Source: a virus
Strand: one strand, 5' to 3'
DNA: 64,000 bases
Virus record (IMG/VR): IMGVR_UViG_3300042731_008413
Coordinates: 1-64,000 of that record
The notes beneath the pieces are model-generated. The model was not told the DNA's origin. It saw nothing but the letters and a program-made list of their open reading frames with translations, and did no database searches. A program made the position numbers and the translations under genes. The first letter of the stretch is position 1. Each line of letters opens with the position of its first letter. Shown one piece after another: positions 28,343 to 37,057 of the stretch.

Positions 28343-28746
28343 GGCGCAGCGCACCGGTAGAGACCAAACCTTACGTCAAGCCCGAAGTCAAACATCGAGA
28401 CCCACCCAACGGCACTTTCTGGAAATGTGCGGGCTGTGGGTCTGACAACTTCGGCAAGTTCATCGATGGTGAGCTTCATATCAAGTATCGGGAGCGGGTA
28501 ATGGTAGTCGGGGGGATGGTTGAGGTTCATTGTCGTTTTTGCGGTACTCGTAATCAAATCGATTTGGCTGTGTACCCTTATAAGGTGCAGGTTCACTTCA
28601 ATGCCCCGGAATTTGATGTAGAAATCACTGAGGCGGCCTTGCGCCTCGCTCAAGAGAACGGGTTGAATATCAGGCGACTTCAGGGGTCGGGTAAGGACGG
28701 GAAGATCGTGGTGGGGGATGTGAAGGGGGCTTTGGGGTTGAAATAG
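28339..28746 (+). CDS. Com-like zinc ribbon fused to an E3-binding (PSBD) domain
   Basis: CAGC...VEVHCRFCGTRN; ITEAALRLAQENGLN...GSGKDGKI...DV. Confidence 0.65.
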   Translation: MRRSAPVETKPYVKPEVKHRDPPNGTFWKCAGCGSDNFGKFIDGELHIKYRERVMVVGGMVEVHCRFCGTRNQIDLAVYPYKVQVHFNAPEFDVEITEAALRLAQENGLNIRRLQGSGKDGKIVVGDVKGALGLK

Positions 28747-28749
28747 GGG

Positions 28750-28778
28750 TTGACAAATTTTCTATCTTATGGTATTAT
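28750..28778 (+). promoter_or_regulatory. strong sigma70 promoter for a candidate sRNA
   Basis: TTGACA-17-TATTAT with TGn. Confidence 0.75.
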
Positions 28779-28784
28779 CTTTTC

Positions 28785-28922
28785 AGTGTAGATTATCTCA
28801 TTTTATCCTCCTTTGTTAGTTGTCTGCTTCATCTGACCAATGGGGCAGACCTGGACTTATAATAGACGCTAAATAATATAAGTGATTAGAAAGAGGGCGT
28901 CCTAGGCGCCCTCTTTCGCTTT
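28785..28922 (+). ncRNA. candidate anti-Shine-Dalgarno sRNA (~135 nt)
   Basis: Promoter, unpaired CUCAUUUUAUCCUCCU, GU-containing hairpin 28822-28850, terminator; no ORF seen on the + strand. Confidence 0.5.
28889..28922. terminator. intrinsic terminator, probably bidirectional
   Basis: GAAAGAGGGCG...CGCCCTCTTTC stem. Confidence 0.75.
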
Positions 28923-28986
28923 CTCGATGGACATCCCCATACCTATAAAAATGTAATACGTTCTGACTGTGGAAACGGTCGGGGCG

Positions 28987-29139
28987 CGGACCACCCCCAC
29001 ACCTGTGGGGAAATGTTATCCCGGAGGGTTAGCAGTTCTTCCAGATCACGGACCACCCCCACACCTGTGGGGAAATGGTTTCGCCACTGTCTATTCCCTC
29101 ACTCAGATCACGGACCACCCCCACGCCTGTGGGGAAATG
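28987..29139 (-). CRISPR. mini CRISPR array: three 29-nt type I-E-like repeats and two 33-nt spacers
   Basis: Repeats at 28987, 29049, 29111 (period 62); minus strand CATTTCCCCACAGGYGTGGGGGTGGTCCG; no cas genes seen in the window. Confidence 0.9.
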
Positions 29140-29335
29140 ACTTAAATGGCCTATGAGATAGAGTAAATTCCCCAAATGAATCTTATTAGGTTGTGAGGTT
29201 GACAATCCAACAACCTCTCTGTAGCCCTCACCGATCTGGGTCCAAGCGACGAATCTCCCCACCGATTCAGTTACGACATCTACAGCCTCAGTTGTGTTCA
29301 TAGTCAATCGCAGACGATTCAGCCTAACGGCCAAA
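29140..29335 (-). ncRNA. candidate omega-RNA/tracr-like RNA of TnpB
   Basis: Structured non-coding region 3' of tnpB; contains CAGATCG-GTGA-GGGCTAC (29238-29221), complementary to the repeat/spacer junction. Confidence 0.5.
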
Positions 29336-30721
29336 TTAGAGACCAAAACTGGTCGGTCCATTTTGGTCTATATCGTCCAATGCCGCCTGCAAGAGCGGTC
29401 CCACCCTCGGCCATTGCTCATTGGCAACGACTGCATTGAACGTTCCATCTTCGATACAGGTTGCTAAAAATGCGCTATATAAATCTCTTTGAACCACCTC
29501 CCCATCATCGAATTTATGCCATCTTTGCGACAAAGACTTCTTTTTGAATTCGCCGGTTTTGTGGTCTAGCTGGCTCAGTTTTGTGCTATAGGTAGAGAAC
29601 TCTTCAACTAGACCGTCATAATCATCCATCTTTTGCTTCAGCCGGGCTACAAACATCCCCGGAGCACGCATGCCAACGGATTTTCCGAACATCTTTTGAA
29701 ATGCAACGTAAGACAACTTTTCCAAACGGATTACGTTACCCATTTGGAGAATCTGGTTGATTAGTTGTCCGTGTAGCGACTTGCGGTATTCTGCTTGTTT
29801 CCTTTTTAATTCGCTTAATTTTATTTCGGTCTTTAGTTGCCTATTTGATTTTACCCATCGTTTGAGTTGCGAACGTGGTTTAACGGTTCCATCTGTGTTG
29901 TAATTGTCAGGGTTGTTAGCGCGCCGTTGTCGGTCTACCTTACGTTGTAATAGTCGTATATCTCGTTGAATATCCTCTAGTTCCGCGCAGAATTGTTTTA
30001 GAAACGCCATATCTTGAGAAACAACAGCGACAGTTGAGGGGCCGATGTCCAACCCAACAACACCTTTCCCAAGAGAATGTCTTTTGTATGGTTTGCCTAC
30101 ATTGACGAGTTGAGCAAAGAACCTGGTTTTTCCATTGAGTTCACGACGAATCAACCGGACAAATTTTATTTCAGAATTCAGGCCATGAGACATTATCGGG
30201 TCATCGTAATCTATAATAGCCTCAAGTTTGATCTTCTTCCCGTTGCGCCCGGAATTCCACACAACACAGTCATCTCTCCAAATAATGCCTTGTAAATTCG
30301 TTACTCCCTCAACCGAATTTAACTGCCCAAACCTTTTGAATTTTGGCCTCCCCCTTTTTGGGTCAAACAAATATTCGCTCACCCAGGTAAAAGCCCTGGA
30401 TGCCAGTTTTTTAATGGTCTGACTGTCTAAATGATAACCTAACCAGGAGTAACCAAATTGTTTAGCGAAGAAATGAATGTCGTATTCCCTAAACCCAAAT
30501 TCTTTGTTGAGCCTGACAAATTCAGCGGTTCTTTCTTTGCCTTTTGGGAGTAGTCGAGCCTTTTGCCAATCCTTTGATTCCCTCATCAACTTCAAGCGGC
30601 GAAGGGATTCGCCCAAGCAAGCATTATAGACCTGCCTGGCCGCCTCAAAACGCTTATTGAGTACAGACTCCTGAGTGGGGGTTGCTTTTAGGGGGATTTC
30701 GGTAATAAATCTATCAGACAT
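29336..30721 (-). CDS. tnpB: TnpB/Cas12f-like RNA-guided RuvC nuclease (461 aa)
   Basis: AARQVYNACL N-terminal motif; RuvC D (GLDIG), E (RLEKL), D (QRDLYSA) all present; no tnpA nearby. Confidence 0.9.
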   Translation of the reverse strand: MSDRFITEIPLKATPTQESVLNKRFEAARQVYNACLGESLRRLKLMRESKDWQKARLLPKGKERTAEFVRLNKEFGFREYDIHFFAKQFGYSWLGYHLDSQTIKKLASRAFTWVSEYLFDPKRGRPKFKRFGQLNSVEGVTNLQGIIWRDDCVVWNSGRNGKKIKLEAIIDYDDPIMSHGLNSEIKFVRLIRRELNGKTRFFAQLVNVGKPYKRHSLGKGVVGLDIGPSTVAVVSQDMAFLKQFCAELEDIQRDIRLLQRKVDRQRRANNPDNYNTDGTVKPRSQLKRWVKSNRQLKTEIKLSELKRKQAEYRKSLHGQLINQILQMGNVIRLEKLSYVAFQKMFGKSVGMRAPGMFVARLKQKMDDYDGLVEEFSTYSTKLSQLDHKTGEFKKKSLSQRWHKFDDGEVVQRDLYSAFLATCIEDGTFNAVVANEQWPRVGPLLQAALDDIDQNGPTSFGL

Positions 30722-30842
30722 TTTTTAGATAGTTATCGATGGCTCGCCTGACATGCTCGGCCATTGATAAGCCGGTATCACGAACGAGTTGCTTTAATCT
30801 ATTGTATTGAAGAGTAGTCAAATAAATGTTTATGCGTTTCAT
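30714..30842 (-). CDS. CopG/ribbon-helix-helix regulator (42 aa; not in the ORF track)
   Basis: MKRINIYLTTLQYNRLKQLVRDTGLSMAEHVRRAIDNYLKNV; stop lies just downstream of the tnpB ATG (ATGTCTGA). Confidence 0.8.
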   Translation of the reverse strand: MKRINIYLTTLQYNRLKQLVRDTGLSMAEHVRRAIDNYLKNV

Positions 30843-30879
30843 ATACATCTAATATACATCAAATGGGCGTTATTGTCAA
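30841..30879 (-). promoter_or_regulatory. RHH-tnpB promoter with a direct-repeat operator
   Basis: TTGACA-17-TATATT; ATATACATC twice (30841, 30852) over the -10 and start; leaderless. Confidence 0.65.
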
Positions 30880-30887
30880 ATTGGGGA

Positions 30888-30963
30888 TTGACTTTTTTGG
30901 TATTACAGTATAATATACTTATAACACGCTCTGACTGTGGAATCAGTCGGGGTGTTTTCTTTT
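30888..30963 (+). promoter_or_regulatory. head-operon promoter, operator and leader hairpin with U-tract
   Basis: TTGACT-17-TAATAT; TATTACAGTATAATA at 30901-30915; ACGCTCTGACTG-TGGAAT-CAGTCGGGGTGT-TTTCTTTT. Confidence 0.65.
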
Positions 30964-30983
30964 GCCCCGAGAAGGGGCAATCG

Positions 30984-32501
30984 ATGAAGGGCATCAAATA
31001 CCAACGAATCATTCAAGCGGCCATCGAAATACCGTGGGCTATCCTGCCCACCAAGTTAGCCCTTATTCAGAACTTGATTACGTTCCGGGCTTCCGGGGGG
31101 CATCTGACAGAGGATGAAATCAGGGCCAGGATTGGAGACTCGGAATCCCACGAACCCATCATCAAGGTTCACTACTCTGCCCAGAATGGTTCTGCCAGCA
31201 ACGGCAGTCGCCCCCAGACAGCCGCAGTTCTCCCCCTCGTAGGCACCATTATTCCCCGAATGGATATGTTCGCCGAATCCAGCGGAGCCATTTCCATCCA
31301 ACGTTTCCAAAATATGTTTCGCCAGGCATTGGCCGATGGCGAGATCGACAACATCATCATCGACATCGATTCTCCCGGTGGGCAGGTTTCTGGGGTGCAA
31401 GAAATGGCCGATGAGATTTTTGACTCTCGCGGCCAAAAACCCATTACCGCAGTAGCCAACACCCTGGCCGCCAGTGCCGCCTACTGGATAGCCACGGCTG
31501 CTGATGAGGTTGTAGTAACCCCCAGTAGCGAAGTGGGTAGCATTGGCGTGTTTGCCATTCACGAAGACCTCTCCAAAATGCTGGATCAGGTTGGGGTCAA
31601 AATGTCGTTGATCTCAGCCGGCAAGTACAAGACCGAAGGCAACCCCTTTGAACCTTTGGGGGATGAAGCCCGAGAAGCCATCCAACAGCGGGTGCTGGAA
31701 TATTTTGATGCTTTTACCGCAGGAGTGGCCCGTAATCGAGATGTCAGTCAATTTAAAGTGAATGATGGTTTTGGGCAGGGGCGAGTAGTGGGGGCCGAAG
31801 AAGCGGTAAAAGAGGGGATGGCCGATAGAGTAGCCACCCTGGATGAAACGATCAATTACGTTTTATCCCAACCAAACGAAATTAGCGCCAACGGAAACAG
31901 CAAGTTGTATTCTTTCCAGGAGCTTACGCAAGAGTTCTTTGGAAGTAATTCTATAAGCGTTATTCCCGGTGGCGATAATGATAAAGTAATCATTGGCGCA
32001 GATACAGGAGGCGATCTTATGCCAAACACTAAAGATCAGCCAACGAAGTCCGAAGAAGTCCAGGCATTGGAATTACCGGATGGCACCAAGCTGACTGCGG
32101 AGCAGGTTCAGATTTTGCTGGCCGAGAACAAAGAAGCCCGTCAAGAGGCTAAGGCCATCAAAGTCGAGGCGATGATCGACAAGGCTCGCCAACGCGGGGT
32201 GGCCCCGGCTACCTTGCAGGTGGTCGAGGCGATGTTGACCAAAGCCGAACCGGATGCTCCCCCGGTGCTGTCGTTGGGTGACGAGCAGTACAATATGTTC
32301 GGTGGCCTGGGCTATCTTCTGGAAGTCATTCCGGGCCGGCAAATGGCGGAATTGACCCGAGACGAACCGGGCGAAAAGCCGCCGATGGAGACCATGAAAG
32401 CCAACCCTGGCCCTCAGACCCTGGAAGAAGCTGAGGAGCAGGCCAAGAAGCGGCGGGCGGAACTGGGCATCAAGCCGGTGACGCAGGCTGAGTTGGCGTA
32501 G
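30984..32501 (+). CDS. S49 prohead protease with C-terminal scaffold (probable internal start 32019, lambda C/Nu3-like)
   Basis: DIDSPGG, AASAAYWIA, VGSIGV, SAGKYK; AGGAGG before in-frame ATG 32019. Confidence 0.9.
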   Translation: MKGIKYQRIIQAAIEIPWAILPTKLALIQNLITFRASGGHLTEDEIRARIGDSESHEPIIKVHYSAQNGSASNGSRPQTAAVLPLVGTIIPRMDMFAESSGAISIQRFQNMFRQALADGEIDNIIIDIDSPGGQVSGVQEMADEIFDSRGQKPITAVANTLAASAAYWIATAADEVVVTPSSEVGSIGVFAIHEDLSKMLDQVGVKMSLISAGKYKTEGNPFEPLGDEAREAIQQRVLEYFDAFTAGVARNRDVSQFKVNDGFGQGRVVGAEEAVKEGMADRVATLDETINYVLSQPNEISANGNSKLYSFQELTQEFFGSNSISVIPGGDNDKVIIGADTGGDLMPNTKDQPTKSEEVQALELPDGTKLTAEQVQILLAENKEARQEAKAIKVEAMIDKARQRGVAPATLQVVEAMLTKAEPDAPPVLSLGDEQYNMFGGLGYLLEVIPGRQMAELTRDEPGEKPPMETMKANPGPQTLEEAEEQAKKRRAELGIKPVTQAELA

Positions 32502-32512
32502 GGAGGTAAACA

Positions 32513-32920
32513 ATGCCAGTTTCTTCGAGTATTACCAGTTATGAAGGGGTAAAGGGCAATCTAATCGCCGGTGGTGAACCGGTGGTGGCCTCCTACACGG
32601 TGGATTACCAGTATGTGACCGAGATCACTTTGCCGGGGTCCGGGGATAGCCGCAAGGTCGTCCAGGAGGGGCAGGTGATGTCGCTTGACCCGTCTAGCCG
32701 AAAGGTGGTGCCAAACTATTCCGCTTACGGCTTTACCGCTGTCGGGGTCAACATTCAGGACGTTGATGTGACCGATGGTGATGAAGCCCTGGGGGTGGTC
32801 TGGGATGGTGTTCTGGCCGAGCCGGTCTGTATCGACAACGGTACTCTGGGAACGGTTCTGGCGGCCACCAAGACAGCCCTGGCCGACCGGATTCAGTTCA
32901 CCCGGACCAGCCGGGTTTAG
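32513..32920 (+). CDS. head decoration protein
   Basis: Size and position between protease and MCP; GGAGG RBS. Confidence 0.7.
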   Translation: MPVSSSITSYEGVKGNLIAGGEPVVASYTVDYQYVTEITLPGSGDSRKVVQEGQVMSLDPSSRKVVPNYSAYGFTAVGVNIQDVDVTDGDEALGVVWDGVLAEPVCIDNGTLGTVLAATKTALADRIQFTRTSRV

Positions 32921-32930
32921 GAGGTAAGAG

Positions 32931-34001
32931 ATGCCAACGACAATTCCCAGTTTTTTGAGAAATCCGCAAATCACCGGCTACGTTCGGACCACCGACGTTC
33001 CCAAGAATTATTTGTATGAACGCTGGTGCCCGACCGAAGGGGTGGAAGCGGACGAGTTCGAGGGCCTGATTGTGCTGGACCAGGTGCAAATGGCTCCCTT
33101 TGTGGCGGTTGATGCCGAGTCGCCCAAGATTCATGGCGATTTGATGTCTAGCTACAAATGGCAGGTGGCTTTTATGCGCCACAAGGCCCGGTTCAAGGAA
33201 TCGGACCTGCGCGTGTTCTGGGAACCGGGGGTGGATGATCCCAACACCCTGGCTTTTGCTTCAGCCCGTGCCCGCGAACGGAAGATCATGCGAACGATGG
33301 ATGCCCTCAGTATCGGGGTAGATGCCCGAAAGGAGTGGGTGTTCTGGAACGCAATGGCTGGCTCCGTGGCCTATGATGATGAAAACGTGAATTACACCAT
33401 CACGTTTGATGGGGCTTACAACGGCTCGACCAATCGCAAGACTCCGACCACGCTCTGGTCCGCGGACAGCCCAACACCCATCACCGACCTATCCCAATGG
33501 ATTCAAGAGATTTCCGACGAATCCGGGGTGGATGAGTGGGTGATGGTGACCACTCCTAAAGTCCTGGGGCTGATGTCTCGGAGTGAGCAAGTGCGCCAGA
33601 TGTGGTCAGTGTCCGATTCCAACCCCGCTCCTAACGCACCGCTTAGTTTGAACCCGGTTACTCCAGTTCAGGTCTCGGCGGCAATGGAACAAATCGGGAT
33701 CGTTGAAGCCATCAAATATACCGCTAAGTACACCGACATCACCTTTGCGGTAGACAAGACGGCAACCCGGACCAAGACCCGCTTCATCAACGACAATGAT
33801 CTGTTCCTTCTACCGGCTAATATGGAATTGGGGCGTTACGCCTCGGCCCCAGCAATGGCCAACAACTGGCGAACCGGCAAGTTCGGTTGGTCCGAGGAAA
33901 AACAGGACCCGTGGGTACTTGAAGTCGGTGCTGGTGAGTATGCTTGGATCGACTTCCCGGCTCCGATGCACAATAGTGTGTTGCAGGCCAGAGTAGCTTA
34001 G
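32931..34001 (+). CDS. major capsid protein (lambda E-like)
   Basis: MAPFV, ARKEW, W......PI.DL, QDP motifs; position. Confidence 0.85.
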   Translation: MPTTIPSFLRNPQITGYVRTTDVPKNYLYERWCPTEGVEADEFEGLIVLDQVQMAPFVAVDAESPKIHGDLMSSYKWQVAFMRHKARFKESDLRVFWEPGVDDPNTLAFASARARERKIMRTMDALSIGVDARKEWVFWNAMAGSVAYDDENVNYTITFDGAYNGSTNRKTPTTLWSADSPTPITDLSQWIQEISDESGVDEWVMVTTPKVLGLMSRSEQVRQMWSVSDSNPAPNAPLSLNPVTPVQVSAAMEQIGIVEAIKYTAKYTDITFAVDKTATRTKTRFINDNDLFLLPANMELGRYASAPAMANNWRTGKFGWSEEKQDPWVLEVGAGEYAWIDFPAPMHNSVLQARVA

Positions 34002-34022
34002 ATAGTCATCTAACAGGTAGAC

Positions 34023-34562
34023 ATGGCTAATAACGGCAATATTACCGTCACAGAGATAGAAAGTTTTATCGAGTTTGGGGCATCGTTTCCTGAATCGAGC
34101 GACTCGACGCTAACCCAGAGCGATGTCAACGACATCTGTGACGGTATTAATGCCGAAGTCAATCTAATTCTCAGCCGGCTGGGGTTCCAGATGCCGGTAA
34201 CGGCAACTAACTCGGTAGAGTGGCTGGAGCTAACCAAGAAGTTTGGGGCGGGGTCCCTGGTCATCGATGGCCTGGGGGCGCAATCGTCCGAAGAAGAGAA
34301 CACCAGGGCAGATCGCTACTGGAATCGCTATATGGAGCGAATCCAGGAGCTACTTAACTCCGGTGGGGCAATCCTGGATGACGCTGAGTTACAAACCGAC
34401 CCTCTGCCCAGTCGGGTGCCGGTGGCCTACAGCGACCGGCTGTCTCGAAGTCGCAAGCGACGACTCCGGTTCCCGCAGCGGGCGGCGGCTGACCAGTACG
34501 AGGACGAGTCGGCTATTGCCGCCACCCGCGCTCCCTGGACCAGGGCTATTGGGGGCTGGTAG
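34023..34562 (+). CDS. head-tail adaptor
   Basis: Follows MCP; AEVNLIL...GF.MPV pattern. Confidence 0.6.
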   Translation: MANNGNITVTEIESFIEFGASFPESSDSTLTQSDVNDICDGINAEVNLILSRLGFQMPVTATNSVEWLELTKKFGAGSLVIDGLGAQSSEEENTRADRYWNRYMERIQELLNSGGAILDDAELQTDPLPSRVPVAYSDRLSRSRKRRLRFPQRAAADQYEDESAIAATRAPWTRAIGGW

Positions 34563-35074
34563 TGACCCTGCGAACCCCTGAATCGATTCTACGCCAGATC
34601 ATCTCTGTCTACGAGGACAACTATGCTACTTGTCTGGCTACTGTGGAATCGAATTGGGAATTGATTGATCCAATCAACCTGGACGACTTTATAACCAGAG
34701 AGATCACGACCGACCCCACGGCCCTGGACAAGCAATGGCTATTGCCGGCAATGTCGGTAGCCATCGGTCCTATCAGGGAGACCGTGACTGAAGGGTGGCA
34801 ACAAGATAAGACTAGTTACGATATGCAAACGATGGTGACATACTACTTACAGCATAATGACGTGACCATTCTAGCCAAGATCATCGCCCGGCATATCGAA
34901 GCTACCCTGGACCTGTTTCGGCAATACCCGGCTTTTGGCTGGCGAGGGGCGACCAACAAGATTGTACCAGGGTCGGTCCAGTTCATCCCAAGCCAGACAT
35001 CGACCAGAGGCAATGCTTACGTCAAGGGGTTGATGGTTCAGTTCGATTACAGGTTTTTGAACTATGCAGCTTGA
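34562..35074 (+). CDS. neck/tail-completion protein
   Basis: Synteny and size. Confidence 0.45.
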   Translation: MTLRTPESILRQIISVYEDNYATCLATVESNWELIDPINLDDFITREITTDPTALDKQWLLPAMSVAIGPIRETVTEGWQQDKTSYDMQTMVTYYLQHNDVTILAKIIARHIEATLDLFRQYPAFGWRGATNKIVPGSVQFIPSQTSTRGNAYVKGLMVQFDYRFLNYAA

Positions 35075-35558
35075 TGTTAGTTTTCAAGTAACCGGAACCA
35101 CCGATGTCATTGCCCAATTGGGTCTTTTGCCGGAATTGTGGAAAATTCGCACCCGGCAGGTGATGCTGGAATGGGGAGCGGACATCGGCGCCAGGGCCAG
35201 GGTTCTTAGTCCCGAGGACAAGATCAGGTTCTATGACTCTCGAAGGCGACCCAAGACTCAGGCGTTCAAGGCCGGTTGGAGGATGCAGGTTCGAGAGACC
35301 GGCGCCGACATTGCCCTGGAAATCGGCAACGTCGATCCCAAGATGCCGGTCATTGTCGGTCCATCCCCGGCCAAGTCTAACGTAACGGCCAAGAATAAGG
35401 ATTACCTGGTCTTTTACTGGGAGCGATTGGGGCGTTGGGTTATTGCCAAGTCGATTGATAAACCGGCTACACCGGGCCAGCCCGTACACGAATGGGCTAT
35501 CAAAGATTTCGATGTAGATCGCCACCTGCCTGATATGGCAAGCAGATTGGTGGCTTAA
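35064..35558 (+). CDS. HK97 gp10-like neck protein
   Basis: AKNK.YL.F.W...AKS..KPAT motif; synteny. Confidence 0.55.
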   Translation: MQLDVSFQVTGTTDVIAQLGLLPELWKIRTRQVMLEWGADIGARARVLSPEDKIRFYDSRRRPKTQAFKAGWRMQVRETGADIALEIGNVDPKMPVIVGPSPAKSNVTAKNKDYLVFYWERLGRWVIAKSIDKPATPGQPVHEWAIKDFDVDRHLPDMASRLVA

Positions 35559-35568
35559 GGAGGCACTT

Positions 35569-36183
35569 ATGGCAACTACTGCCGATTTTTGGAGCCAGGG
35601 CGTAAATAAGGACAACATTGTTGGTGGCCCGGCACGTATTTTGGTGGCCGATAAAGCAACGGTCGCTTACCCTAATCTGATCCGGGATGTCGTCAACCTG
35701 GAAACCTATGAAGCCCAAACCGGCTGGTTTGACGTGGGTCATACCTCGGAGTCGTTTGTTAATACCGAGGGCTTTGACACCACCGAATGGAAATCACAGC
35801 AAGCTGGCATCATCAACCTTCAGGTAGGCGATTGGAACCGGTCGATCTCTTTCACCTTGATGGAGAGTCGCAGGGACAAGGTGGCCGATCTGGTTCATGA
35901 AGCCACCGGTCGAACGACCAACGCCGATGGCGACGAGTTGGAATACTTCTATGACAAATCGAACGTCTCTGAATGGCGAGTAGTCGCCATTAACTTGATG
36001 GAAGACGAAGCTGCTGGCCAGAACTTGACGATGGATGTATTTCCCAGATGCAAGCGCTCCGGGGCGGATAGCGAAATGAGTTGGTCCCGATCTGAACCTC
36101 AGACCCACACGCTGGAAATGCGACCCTTCCCGGATACCGATGTCCCCAACGACGCCAGTTGGTATCGAATTAGCGAGACTTAA
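35569..36183 (+). CDS. major tail (tube) protein
   Basis: NIVGGPAR, GW.DVG.T, SFTLME; AAGGAGG RBS. Confidence 0.75.
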   Translation: MATTADFWSQGVNKDNIVGGPARILVADKATVAYPNLIRDVVNLETYEAQTGWFDVGHTSESFVNTEGFDTTEWKSQQAGIINLQVGDWNRSISFTLMESRRDKVADLVHEATGRTTNADGDELEYFYDKSNVSEWRVVAINLMEDEAAGQNLTMDVFPRCKRSGADSEMSWSRSEPQTHTLEMRPFPDTDVPNDASWYRISET

Positions 36184-36203
36184 AATCCGCAGACGGAGTA
36201 ACA

Positions 36204-36755
36204 ATGGCTAAAAAAATACGGCGCGTTTTTGACCCTGACGTTTTTGTGGTGACTTTTGGGGGAATCGAGTACGACATCTCCGCCCAACCCATCGAGCGTA
36301 TTATCGAGTTCGAGCGAGTCATCGAGGATTTGTCTGGTAGCCTGGACGACCTTGACTCCAAATATTATGTGTCAAAAAATGGTTCCGGCAAAGAAGTCCC
36401 CTACGACTCTCTGGAACAGGCCCAGGCTAACCAGGACGAGGGTGACGAGATTATCACCGAGCGACCCGGTATCAAGGTGTTTTTGGACAAGATTGTTAGC
36501 TCCCCTTACCACGCCTTTCGGGTGATGGTGCCGGAGTTGCACGAAGAGGATGCTCGCAAAGCCACCTTCCCGGAACTCAAGAACGCGCTGGATGTGGTGG
36601 TCGAGGCCAACGGTATCGGCTGGATGGAAGATTTTCTAAAAAAAACAATCAGTCCGATTCTGCCGGAACTAGTAAGAGTGGTAGTAGACTCAACCAAAGA
36701 GGCTTTGACCGATACTACCAGGACCGAAGCGGAGCCATCTGGGGAGACGCCATAG
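36204..36755 (+). CDS. tail assembly chaperone (G)
   Basis: Between tail tube and TMP; slippery A AAA AAA at 36638-36644. Confidence 0.75.
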   Translation: MAKKIRRVFDPDVFVVTFGGIEYDISAQPIERIIEFERVIEDLSGSLDDLDSKYYVSKNGSGKEVPYDSLEQAQANQDEGDEIITERPGIKVFLDKIVSSPYHAFRVMVPELHEEDARKATFPELKNALDVVVEANGIGWMEDFLKKTISPILPELVRVVVDSTKEALTDTTRTEAEPSGETP

Positions 36756-37057
36756 ATGAGATAATCATCTCGTTGGCCGGAAAGCCATACCATATCCCGC
36801 CCGCGGTGCTAATGCGAGAATGGACGATCCCCCAGGCGTTATTCGCCTATTTTCACCAGATGGAAGAACAAGCAGCCGATGCGCGCCAACAGTTCCTTTT
36901 GACAATGGCCGCCATCGGCTCTGTTTTTTCTAAGGATGGCGAGAAGGTAGCCAAGCGGGTGTTGGATAGTTTTGATGGTCCACCCCTGAAACTTGAAGAC
37001 GTAAAAGAAACGTTGTCTGAATCCCAGAAAGCCGTGTTGTTTGGCAGGAAGCCGTAA
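36638..37057 (+). CDS. tail assembly chaperone GT extension via a -1 frameshift
   Basis: The -1 frame is open from the A8 run to TAA 37057. Confidence 0.75.
   Translation, partial: KKNNQSDSAGTSKSGSRLNQRGFDRYYQDRSGAIWGDAIDEIIISLAGKPYHIPPAVLMREWTIPQALFAYFHQMEEQAADARQQFLLTMAAIGSVFSKDGEKVAKRVLDSFDGPPLKLEDVKETLSESQKAVLFGRKP

Noticed and set aside
29336-30721. Ordinary autonomous IS200/IS605/IS607 element
   Set aside because: No Y1 or serine transposase; the 3' side leads into repeats; a non-autonomous origin is still possible
30807-30983. N-terminal extension of the S49 protease
   Set aside because: Region holds promoters and the RHH gene; ATG 30984 has an RBS
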